Origin: Candidatus Fermentibacterota bacterium
Lineage (GTDB): Bacteria > JAFGKV01
Assembly (NCBI GenBank): GCA_016928395.1
Contig: JAFGKV010000186.1
Location: 599-64,598, forward strand
Direction of reading: 5' to 3'
Length of the DNA: 64,000 bases
Each line of letters opens with the position of its first letter. Positions within the stretch are counted from its first letter, which is position 1. Both the position numbers and the translations under genes were made by a program. The notes under the pieces were generated by a model, which worked only from the letters and a program-made list of their open reading frames with translations, was not told where the DNA came from and searched no databases. Shown piece after piece: positions 28,094 to 36,428 of this stretch.

Positions 28094-29572
28094 ATGCCAC
28101 CTGCCGATAGTATGCCCAGTAGGCTCAAGGTCCTTCACATCGCAAGCGAGGGCTTCCCCTTCGTCAAGACCGGGGGCCTTGCCGACGTGGTGGGGGCGCT
28201 GCCGGCGGCCCTGGCTCAAGCAGGACATGACATCAGGGTAGTGCTTCCGCTCTATGGCTGCGTAGACCGCGATGGGTTGGAGCGAATGGCCCATGCTCTG
28301 GGGGTACCTCTTGGATCCCGCGAGGAGTGGGGTGCGTCCTGGCGACGGGTTGACGGAGGGGTCACCACCTACTTCCTGGAACACGATGTCTTCTTCAACC
28401 GCCCGTGGCCGTACGGCCCTCCCGGGGGCTCGTATAGCGACAACCTGGAGCGCTTCGTGTTCCTCAGCCGGGGCGCGTTGCAACTGTGCCATGCCACGGC
28501 CTGGTTTCCCGACATCATCCATGTCCATGACTGGCATGCCGCCATCGCCCCCGTCTTTCTCAATACCGTCGAGCGCGCCACGCCCCTGGGCCGGGCAGGC
28601 AGCGTCCTTACGATTCACAACATGGATTTCCAAGGCAACTTCCCCGCCGATCAAATGCCGCACACCGGCCTGGGCTGGGAGCACTTCACGTTTCTCGATA
28701 TGGAACTCAATGGCAGAGTATCGCTGCTGAAGGGTGGCATCGCCCATTCGACACTGCTCACCACCGTCAGCCCCACCTATGCCTGGGAGATTCAGAATGA
28801 GCCCCTGGGCCGAGGTCTGGAGGGAATGGTGCGGGAGCGACGCGACCTCCTCACGGGGATTCTCAACGGCATTGACTACAGTATATGGAATCCCGAAACC
28901 GATGTGCATCTCCCCGTTCGATACTCGGCGGACACCCTGGCCTCGCGGTCTGCCTGCAAGGAGACACTTCAACGGCGGGTGGGCCTTGACCCGAAGCCCG
29001 GCACGCCACTTGTGGGAATGGTGACCCGCCTCTCCTGGCAGAAGGGTATCGATGTCGTACTGAAGGCATTGCCCCGCATTCTCGAACTGGACATGCAGAT
29101 GGTCATTCTTGGGGCGGGTGATCCGGATGCCGAAGGCGAGGTCCATCACCTCCACACAGCCTGGCCGGGCAAAGCTGCCGGTATTGTCGGCTATAGCGAG
29201 GAACTGGCCCACCAGATCTATGCGGGCAGCGATTTCTTCCTCATGCCGTCTCGATTCGAACCAGGCGGATTGGGGCAACTCTATGCCCTGCGCTACGGCT
29301 CGCTTCCCATCGTGCGCGCCACCGGGGGCCTGGTCGATACCGTGACTTCCTACGATGAAGCAAGCGGCCACGGCACAGGGTTCTCGTTCAACGACCTTAG
29401 CCCCGAAGCCCTCTTCGATGTCGTCGGCTGGGCTCTGTGGGCCTACTACGACCGCCCTACCCACATAGAGGCCATGCGCCGCGCGGCAATGAGCACCCGC
29501 TTCACATGGGAGACGGCGGCCAACCGCTATCTCGATGTATATCGTCGAGCACTTCGCCTGCGCAGGGGATAG
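28094..29572 (+). CDS. glgA: Glycogen synthase (ADP-glucose-type).
   Basis: KVLHIASEGFPFVKTGGLADVVGALP N-terminus; GT5/GT-B organisation; C-terminal FEPGGLGQLYALRYG motif. GGAGGGA lies 9 nt before the ATG at 28094. Confidence 0.85.
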   Translation: MPPADSMPSRLKVLHIASEGFPFVKTGGLADVVGALPAALAQAGHDIRVVLPLYGCVDRDGLERMAHALGVPLGSREEWGASWRRVDGGVTTYFLEHDVFFNRPWPYGPPGGSYSDNLERFVFLSRGALQLCHATAWFPDIIHVHDWHAAIAPVFLNTVERATPLGRAGSVLTIHNMDFQGNFPADQMPHTGLGWEHFTFLDMELNGRVSLLKGGIAHSTLLTTVSPTYAWEIQNEPLGRGLEGMVRERRDLLTGILNGIDYSIWNPETDVHLPVRYSADTLASRSACKETLQRRVGLDPKPGTPLVGMVTRLSWQKGIDVVLKALPRILELDMQMVILGAGDPDAEGEVHHLHTAWPGKAAGIVGYSEELAHQIYAGSDFFLMPSRFEPGGLGQLYALRYGSLPIVRATGGLVDTVTSYDEASGHGTGFSFNDLSPEALFDVVGWALWAYYDRPTHIEAMRRAAMSTRFTWETAANRYLDVYRRALRLRRG

Positions 29573-29794
29573 CGGGGAGATAGCTCGAGCCCGGAGGCAG
29601 GGCCGTCACACACTGGTTGACGCAGTTGCGGTTCGCCGTAGGCATCGAGAAGTTGTCATGACAGAAGAGTACGGGTGCGGAGTGCTGCCATTGCGCACTC
29701 CCCAGGTACAGCCCGTGATGGAGCAACGACTCTGACCGGGGGGTAACATGAGACGCCTGGTTGTATGCAGCACTCTGCGCGGCCGCCTCACTGC

Positions 29795-31285
29795 ATGGAG
29801 ATGGGGTGGTCCGTGAGTTCTCGAGGATCGGAGACGCTCAGAATTCTGCTCATTGACGATAGTCCTTCGCACGCGGCGTTGATGGCGGGCGCATTGCCTT
29901 CGCATGACGAGACACTATTCACCCTGGAGAGATGCACGCGGCTGACAGACGGTCTCCGGCACCTGCAACGCTCAGTCTTCGATCTTGTCGTACTCGGCCT
30001 GACCCTGCCTGATGGCGGTGGCCTTGAGGGGATCGGCTCCGTTCGTCAGGGTACCCCTGGGCTGCCCGTGCTGATTCTTGCCGAGAGAGCAGATCGCGAG
30101 TTGGCCATCGACGCGGTCCGTCGAGGCGCCGACGACTTTCTTGTCGCGAAGACCATCAATCCTGCAATGCTGACGCGGGTCATCCGTCATGCGGTCGAGC
30201 GGGCGCGCTACGAGGCGGCACTGGCCGCCAGCGTCGCCAAACATCAGAGCCTCTTGGCCAGCATCCAGTCACCAGTCTTGGCTCTGGATGAGAGCATGCG
30301 GGTCATCTACTGCAATGAAGCCTATGGGCGTTTCGTGGGTCTCTCTTTGTCCGAGCTGGAGGGGCAGGTACTCACCACGCTGTTTCCCGCCTTTACTCGC
30401 ACTGCATCCTGCGCGGCGTATCGGGCCGCCTTTGACACGGGCCAAAACCAAGAGGTGGAGGGCCCGTGTAAAGATCGATATCTCCGCGCCCGCGTATTCC
30501 GCGCGCCCTTCGGAATTGTTGCCATCGCCGAGGACATCACCGCGCATAAGCGGGCCGAGGAGACACTGCGGCTACGAACCCTTGAGTTGGAGGCGCGTAA
30601 CGAGGAACTTGATGCATTCAACCACACGGTGGCCCATGATCTGCGCAACCCACTGGGCGCCATTCGAGGGTTCGTGGAGCAGTTAGCCGATCATGTCGAC
30701 TCCATGCCGGTCGACGAAATCAGGACCTACCTCGAGAGCATTCTGCATGCCGGCTCCAAGATGAACTCCATCATAGAAGAGCTGCTCCTGCTGGCCGGAA
30801 TCCGCAGGGCAGCTGAGATTCCGATGGCCCACCTCGACATGCCAAAGATCGTTCGTGAAGCGCTTCTTCGCCTCTCGCATGTCACGGCACAGTGCGGGGC
30901 CGAAGTAACTATTGCCGAAACCTTGCCGCCGTCCTTGGGCCACGGCCCCTGGATAGAAGAGGTGTGGGTCAACTACCTCAGCAATGCCCTCATCCACGGA
31001 GGCAGACCACCCAGGATCACCATCGAGGGGGTCGAAAACGGCGATCATGTCCGCTACTCGCTTCGCGACAATGGCAAGGGCATCCGCCCCGAGGAGCACC
31101 AGGCACTCTTCTCCCCCTTCACTCGGCTTGGCGACGCCAAGGCCCCGGGCCACGGCCTTGGGCTCTCCATCGTGCGACGGATCGTCGAGCGGCTCAATGG
31201 AAGTGTGGGCGCCACGAGCACGCCAGACGGATGCACCTTCTGGTTCACGCTCCCGCGTTCAGGCGGCCCAGGCGACGGCGCATGA
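29795..31285 (+). CDS. Cytoplasmic hybrid sensor histidine kinase (receiver - PAS - HisKA - HATPase_c).
   Basis: N-terminal REC (LLIDDSP...D...LVVLGLTLPDGGG...ADDFLVK). PAS region. H-box AFNHTVAHDLRNPL. C-terminal G1/G2 boxes (DNGKGI, GHGLGLSIV). No TM segments. The start among ATGs 29765/29795/29801 is uncertain. Confidence 0.8.
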   Translation: MEMGWSVSSRGSETLRILLIDDSPSHAALMAGALPSHDETLFTLERCTRLTDGLRHLQRSVFDLVVLGLTLPDGGGLEGIGSVRQGTPGLPVLILAERADRELAIDAVRRGADDFLVAKTINPAMLTRVIRHAVERARYEAALAASVAKHQSLLASIQSPVLALDESMRVIYCNEAYGRFVGLSLSELEGQVLTTLFPAFTRTASCAAYRAAFDTGQNQEVEGPCKDRYLRARVFRAPFGIVAIAEDITAHKRAEETLRLRTLELEARNEELDAFNHTVAHDLRNPLGAIRGFVEQLADHVDSMPVDEIRTYLESILHAGSKMNSIIEELLLLAGIRRAAEIPMAHLDMPKIVREALLRLSHVTAQCGAEVTIAETLPPSLGHGPWIEEVWVNYLSNALIHGGRPPRITIEGVENGDHVRYSLRDNGKGIRPEEHQALFSPFTRLGDAKAPGHGLGLSIVRRIVERLNGSVGATSTPDGCTFWFTLPRSGGPGDGA

Positions 31286-33024
31286 AGAGCCCTACAGGGC
31301 GAACGAGCGGGGCAAGGCCGGCATTTCTCCTCGCCTGCCACGTGGTGATCTCACCGCTTCTGATGGCCGGTGATCTCTGGGCCATGGTGTACCAGGTCGG
31401 CCCTGGGCAGCCGTATGCTTCCATCGGCGCCGTACCATGGGAGTCGTTGGCAGCCGGCGACAGCGTGGTGATTCACTGGCGGAGCGAACCCTACCGCGAG
31501 AAGTGGGTACTATGCCGTACAGGTACGGCAGATTCCCCCATCGTGGTGCGCGGCCTGCCTTCGCCGGAAGGCGAACGGCCGGTGGTCAGCGGCGAGAATG
31601 CCGTGACCAGGCCTCAGCTTGACTACTGGAATCGCGATCGAGGCGTGGTGAAAATCGGGGGCGCCAGTGTTCCGCCCGACTGCATGCCAGCCCACATCAC
31701 CATCGAGGGCCTGCGAATCCGCAGCGCCCGCCCTCCCTACACCTATGATGGCGGCTCGGCATACTCCTCCAGCGCCTCGGCCATCTACGTCGAAAAGGGA
31801 GAACACCTCACCTTCCGCGACTGCGTCTTCGACGATTGCGGCAACGGCCTCTTCACGGCCTATCAGTCGGCCGTGGTGCTGGTGGACCGATGCGCCATCT
31901 TTGGCAATGGGATCGAAGGCTCCATCTATCAGCACAACTCCTACTGCGAAAGCCAGGGTATCACCTACCAGTTCACTCACTATGGACCGCTGCGTGCGGG
32001 GTGCCCGGGCAATAACCTGAAGGATCGCTCCTCGGGCTGCGTAATCCGGTACAACTGGATCGAAGGCGGCAATCGCCAGCTCGACCTCGTCGACAGCGAT
32101 CACTCGGCCCTGTACAGTGATCCGGCATACCGCACCACCTTCGCCTATGGCAATATCCTCATCGAACCCGACGGTGCTGGCAATAGCCAGATCTGCCACT
32201 ATGGCGGCGATTCCGGGGCGACAAGCCGCTACCGCAAGGGGACGCTCTACTTCTACAGCAACACCGTGGTGTCAACGCGAACGGGCAATACCACGCTCTT
32301 TCGCCTCTCCACGAACGAGGAATCCTGCGACTGCCGTAACTCAGTGGCCTTTGTGAGCGCCACCGGGCCACATCTGGCCATGCTGGATGCCACCGGCGTG
32401 CTGTATCTCTACCATGACTGGTTCAAGACCGGCTGGGTCACCTGCCACGGCACCCTTCAGGGTACGGTCCATGACATGGGCGGAATCGTAACCGGGCCGG
32501 TACCGGGCTTCGCTGACGAGGGAGCGCAGGAGTTCTGGCCCACGCCTGCCTCGGCGTGCGTGGATGCGGGCGCCAATCTGGCCGACCCGTGCGTTCCTGA
32601 CCACACCGTCGAACTCGAGTATGTGAAGCATTCGACCTACAAGGCGCGAGCCCTTGCAGCCCCCGTGGATATCGGCGCCTACGAATCCCCCCACGAGGGT
32701 GGCATCCCTGCCTCGGTATCCGGCGTGTCGGCCAGGGAGGAGGGTATGGCGGTGATCCTGACATGGGAGGCGGTGACTACGGACACGTGCGGATTGCCCC
32801 TCGTGCCGGATGCCTACCGGGTCTATACCGCCACGCGGGCGTATTTCGTACCGGGCAGCGAGCTGCTGCTGACCACTACAGCCGACACCACCACCACGGC
32901 CCCAGGCGCCGCCCAGGATCCGCTGTGGGATCATTTCTTCTGCGTGACCGCGACACGCGCCGGGGTCGAAGGCGCTGCCAGCGAAGCGGTCGGCGCCTTC
33001 GATTTCGTCATGGGTCCGCGATGA
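31282..33024 (+). CDS. Secreted right-handed parallel beta-helix repeat protein (pectin-lyase-fold / NosD-like CASH-domain architecture) with a C-terminal FN3-like domain.
   Basis: The ATG at 31282 overlaps the kinase stop (ATGA). Signal-like N-terminus. Repeated ~22-aa units with conserved Gly/Asn/Ile-Val ladders (ITIEGLRI, VFDDCGNGLF, CAIFGNGIEG, YNWIEGGN) typical of beta-helix repeats. Confidence 0.7.
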   Translation: MKSPTGRTSGARPAFLLACHVVISPLLMAGDLWAMVYQVGPGQPYASIGAVPWESLAAGDSVVIHWRSEPYREKWVLCRTGTADSPIVVRGLPSPEGERPVVSGENAVTRPQLDYWNRDRGVVKIGGASVPPDCMPAHITIEGLRIRSARPPYTYDGGSAYSSSASAIYVEKGEHLTFRDCVFDDCGNGLFTAYQSAVVLVDRCAIFGNGIEGSIYQHNSYCESQGITYQFTHYGPLRAGCPGNNLKDRSSGCVIRYNWIEGGNRQLDLVDSDHSALYSDPAYRTTFAYGNILIEPDGAGNSQICHYGGDSGATSRYRKGTLYFYSNTVVSTRTGNTTLFRLSTNEESCDCRNSVAFVSATGPHLAMLDATGVLYLYHDWFKTGWVTCHGTLQGTVHDMGGIVTGPVPGFADEGAQEFWPTPASACVDAGANLADPCVPDHTVELEYVKHSTYKARALAAPVDIGAYESPHEGGIPASVSGVSAREEGMAVILTWEAVTTDTCGLPLVPDAYRVYTATRAYFVPGSELLLTTTADTTTTAPGAAQDPLWDHFFCVTATRAGVEGAASEAVGAFDFVMGPR

Positions 33025-34067
33025 ACCTCATCGAGGTTGACCGGCTCAGCAAGACCTTCCTGACCAGGGAGAAAGAGCCCGGATTCCTCGGCAGCCTGCG
33101 TAGCACGTTACGACCGCGGAACCGGGAGACCGCAGCGGTACGGAGCATCTCGTTCGCGGTGGAGGCCGGTCAACGGCTGGCATTCATCGGCCCGAATGGC
33201 GCAGGTAAGTCCACCACCATCAAAATGCTGGTAGGCATACTCTACCCCACATCCGGTCAGGCCTCGGTGCTGGGCAAGACGCCATGGTCCCAGCGGCAGG
33301 CGCTGGCCCGGGAAATCGGCGTGGTGTTCGGGCAGAAGTCACAGCTCTGGTATCACCTGCCCCCTCATGATTCCTTCGATCTGCTGGGTCGGATTTTCGG
33401 CCTCAAACCCTCGGAGACCCGCGCGCGAACCCGCCAGCTTGTGGAGTTGTTCGAGATCGCCCGCCACATGGAAACCCCCGTGCGCAAGCTCTCGTTGGGC
33501 GAGCGCATGCGCTGCGAAATCGCTGCCTCACTGCTCCACCGGCCCAAGGCCGTCTTTCTGGATGAGCCTACCATCGGCCTCGACGTGGTCATCAAACAGC
33601 GAATCCGTGATCTCATTCTTACCCTGAACCGAACCGAGGGGCTTACCCTGTTCCTGACGTCCCACGACGCCGGCGACATGGAAGCCCTCTGCAGCCGTGC
33701 TCTGGTGATCAACCACGGTGAGATCATATTCGACGGCCGTGTCTCGGCACTGAAGCGTGATTACATCAAGACCAAGACCATCTCGTTGAAGCTGCGCCAG
33801 ACGTGGGAGGGCTTCGAGATGCCCGGCGTCAGCGTCCTGAAGCACAAGGGGTATGGCGTGAAACTGGAAGTATCGACCGACCGGGCACCCATCGACCGCG
33901 TCATCGCCGCCGTGCTTGATCGATACACAGTTGCGGACCTCAGCGTCGACGACCCGCCCATGGAGGAAGTCATCTCGGCCATTTACGCCGAGCCGGCCTC
34001 TGCCGAGGGCAGATCGCCCAGAACTCCTTCTCCCTCGACAGGAGAAGGCCGGGATGGGGGTGAGTAG
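33021..34067 (+). CDS. ABC transporter ATP-binding protein (exporter-type, with C-terminal accessory domain).
   Basis: Walker A GPNGAGKST, signature LSLGERMR, Walker B LDEPTIGLD, H-loop. The ATG at 33021 overlaps the upstream stop (ATGA). Confidence 0.85.
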   Translation: MNLIEVDRLSKTFLTREKEPGFLGSLRSTLRPRNRETAAVRSISFAVEAGQRLAFIGPNGAGKSTTIKMLVGILYPTSGQASVLGKTPWSQRQALAREIGVVFGQKSQLWYHLPPHDSFDLLGRIFGLKPSETRARTRQLVELFEIARHMETPVRKLSLGERMRCEIAASLLHRPKAVFLDEPTIGLDVVIKQRIRDLILTLNRTEGLTLFLTSHDAGDMEALCSRALVINHGEIIFDGRVSALKRDYIKTKTISLKLRQTWEGFEMPGVSVLKHKGYGVKLEVSTDRAPIDRVIAAVLDRYTVADLSVDDPPMEEVISAIYAEPASAEGRSPRTPSPSTGEGRDGGE

Positions 34068-34105
34068 TGGCCTCATTCCCTCCTGTGCACAGCGCCTCCT
34101 GACCC

Positions 34106-34900
34106 ATGGGCGTGCTCACCTACGCCGCCGTAGCGCGCCTGGCTGCGCGCCAGCAGACCGCCTACCGGGGAGAGATGGTCGCCAGAGCGATCTCCATGGG
34201 CGTCTTCATGGTGGTGTTTGTCGCCCTCTGGTCCGCCGCGTTCTCCGGCCGGGCATCCGTCCCTCTGGCCGGCTACAGCCGAGAGCACGTGCTGTGGTAC
34301 CTGGTCATGACCGAAACCATCGTACTCTCGTCTTCCCGTGTGTTCCTGGAGATCAGCGAGGCGGTGAGAGCCGGAGACATCGCGTACACTCTGGTGCGCC
34401 CGACCCACTATGCCGTGTGGCAGATTGCGCATTCGCTGGGAGGTGCGCTGCCTCGGTTCGTCACCAGCCTGGTGGCCGGGTCGGCGGTGGTGTTCGCCTT
34501 CACTGGAACTGTCGCCGGCTCTCTCGGCGGGCTCCTCAGCTTCGCGCTGCTGGGTACTGCGGCTTTGGTGCTTGACGGCATCATCGCCGTCTTGATCGGG
34601 CTGGCGGCCTTCTGGATCGAAGACGTATCTCCCGTTTTCTGGATCTACCAGAAGCTGCTGTTCACCATCGGCGGCATGTTGGTACCGCTGCAGTTCTTCC
34701 CCCAGTGGCTGCAGCAGATCGCTGCGTGGCTGCCGTTTTCGCTTGTCGTCTATGCACCGGCCCATGCCTTCGTCGCGGGCAGTCCCTCCCACCTCCTCCG
34801 GACGCTGGCCGGTCAGGCTGCCTACCTCGCCGGAGCTGCCCTACTCCTCCAGCTTGTGTGGCGCAGAGCCCAGCGCCGCATGGTGGTTCAGGGAGGATAA
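34106..34900 (+). CDS. ABC-2-type transporter permease (6 TM).
   Basis: Polytopic hydrophobic protein immediately after the ABC ATPase. Shares the AYRG motif and overall pattern with the next permease (paralog). Confidence 0.7.
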   Translation: MGVLTYAAVARLAARQQTAYRGEMVARAISMGVFMVVFVALWSAAFSGRASVPLAGYSREHVLWYLVMTETIVLSSSRVFLEISEAVRAGDIAYTLVRPTHYAVWQIAHSLGGALPRFVTSLVAGSAVVFAFTGTVAGSLGGLLSFALLGTAALVLDGIIAVLIGLAAFWIEDVSPVFWIYQKLLFTIGGMLVPLQFFPQWLQQIAAWLPFSLVVYAPAHAFVAGSPSHLLRTLAGQAAYLAGAALLLQLVWRRAQRRMVVQGG

Positions 34901-34907
34901 GGAAGGG

Positions 34908-34955
34908 ATGGAGGGAATGATGGAACGATGGAACGATGGAATGATGGAATGATGG
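34908..34955. repeat. 8-bp tandem repeat (GATGGAAN) x ~5-6 in the permease-permease intergenic spacer, with an inverted partial copy at 35034-35047.
   Basis: gatggaggg-aat gatggaac gatggaac gatggaat gatggaat gatggaag read directly. tccatcgttcca at 35034-35047 is the reverse complement of tggaacgatgga. Confidence 0.7.
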
Positions 34956-35118
34956 AAGGACGGGTGGAGGAGTGCAGGGGTGGCGCTTCTGAATTCTGAC
35001 GTATGGATTCCTCTCCTGCGTAGCGCAGACCTGCCTCCATCGTTCCATATTCCCCATGATTATGGAGTCATTCCAGTACCCCATGACTCCATCCCTCCAC
35101 ACTCGACGAGTTAGTCCC

Positions 35119-35901
35119 ATGCGCCACCTGACGCTCATCCTCGCCTATCTCCGCCACAATCTTCTGTCGGCCATGGCCTACCGTGGAGCGTTTCTGCTGC
35201 AAGTCATGGGGATGGTCCTCAACAACTCGTTCTTCCTCTTCTTCTGGTGGGTGTTCTTCCAGAGGATTCCAACCTTGCAGGGATGGGGCCTGTCGGACGT
35301 GATGATTCTGTTCGGCCTTGTCGCGTTCGCCTTCGGCATCGCCACCGCCGTCTTCGGCAACTGCCTGCGCATTCCCCGACTGGTCGTTACCGGACAGCTC
35401 GATTACTATCTGACTCTCCCTGCCGACCCGCTCGTGCACCTCCTGGTGTCCCGGATGTCGCTCTCCGCCTGGGGCGATGTGCTCTTCGGCCTGGGCCTCT
35501 TCTGCGTGATTCACCCCCTTGACCCTCTCAGGCTTCTCATCTTCGTGAGTGTCGGGCTGCTGTCTGCCGCGGTTCTAGTCTCTTTCGGTGTACTCTCCGG
35601 GTCGTTGGTTTTCTGGCTGGGCAGCATGGAACAGGGGGCCGAGCAGATCATCTGGTCCATCACGACGTTTTCCATGTACCCCACGGAGCTGTTTCCCCCC
35701 GCCATCCGAGTCATCCTCTACACACTCATCCCGGCGGCCTTCGTCGGAGCCCTTCCGGCCCGCCTCGTCGCCCAGTTCTCCTGGGATCGCCTCGGCCTGC
35801 TCCTGGCCTTCACCGTGGGTTTTGCCCTCCTGGCTCGGCTGGTCTTCTATCGGGGCCTTCGCCGCTACTCCTCAGGCAATCTCGTCGCCATGCGCGGCTG
35901 A
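35119..35901 (+). CDS. ABC-2-type transporter permease, paralog of the preceding one.
   Basis: MRHLTLILAYLRHNLLSAMAYRG... six predicted TM segments. The start at 35119 was chosen over the tracked 35056 extension. Confidence 0.7.
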   Translation: MRHLTLILAYLRHNLLSAMAYRGAFLLQVMGMVLNNSFFLFFWWVFFQRIPTLQGWGLSDVMILFGLVAFAFGIATAVFGNCLRIPRLVVTGQLDYYLTLPADPLVHLLVSRMSLSAWGDVLFGLGLFCVIHPLDPLRLLIFVSVGLLSAAVLVSFGVLSGSLVFWLGSMEQGAEQIIWSITTFSMYPTELFPPAIRVILYTLIPAAFVGALPARLVAQFSWDRLGLLLAFTVGFALLARLVFYRGLRRYSSGNLVAMRG

Positions 35902-35929
35902 CCATGGCCTCACCGGGGAATCGGGCACT

Positions 35930-35965
35930 CCGCAGGACTATTCTAATATTAGAATAGTCCTGCGG
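35930..35965. repeat. 36-bp perfect palindrome with an AT-rich core CTATTCTA-ATAT-TAGAATAG; member of a palindrome family (see 48146 and 45144/45337).
   Basis: CCGCAGGACTATTCTAATATTAGAATAGTCCTGCGG verified base-by-base. It lies 29 bp after the permease stop and is a striking AT-rich core in a 67% GC background. Confidence 0.8.
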
Positions 35966-36078
35966 GAACGGGAGGAGCGCCTTCAGCCCCCTGAACCCAA
36001 CCTGGCTTCTGCGGGTTCATCCTGAAAGGCATCCGGTATTCCCCACCGGATCGAGCGCATCGGAAGGCGAGCAATGTA

Positions 36079-36252
36079 AGACGTCTTTTCCTGTGTGGAG
36101 TGCCTCTGCTCATGGTGACGACTGGATGCGGCGGAAGCGGGCCGGCTGTTCTGGAGATGGTAAAGATCAGGGGAGGGTCGTTCCTCATGGGGTCGAATGC
36201 AGGAGATCCTGACGAACAGCCCGTGCATGAGGTGCATATCATGGATGAATAG
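36079..36252 (+). pseudogene. N-terminal remnant of a formylglycine-generating-enzyme (FGE-sulfatase / SUMF1) family lipoprotein gene.
   Basis: Translation ...LFLCGVPLLMVTTGCGGSGPAVLEMVKIRGGSFLMGSNAGDPDEQPVHEVHIMDE* shows a lipobox-like signal then the characteristic FGE-domain opening (V.IPGGSF.MGS...E.P.H.V). It stops after ~58 codons with no continuation in any frame. Confidence 0.4.
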
Positions 36253-36428
36253 ACGGAATGGCGAAATGATTGGGGAGAGGAGAACTGAATCGCCCACGCA
36301 GAGAAACAACAGACAACCCGTTCGATCCTGACTGCGCAATGGAGTGCGGAGGTTGACGTCGTGCGGGGCACATCGTTGTCTTGTCGGTGAGCGCAGAAGG
36401 TCTGCGCTCGCACGAACGAACACGGAGA

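Noticed and set aside
30892-31281. 130-codon 5' extension of the beta-helix protein ORF overlapping the kinase gene.
   Set aside because: It lies in a different frame over the well-supported HATPase domain of the kinase. The ATG at 31282 gives a signal-peptide-like N-terminus and ATGA coupling.
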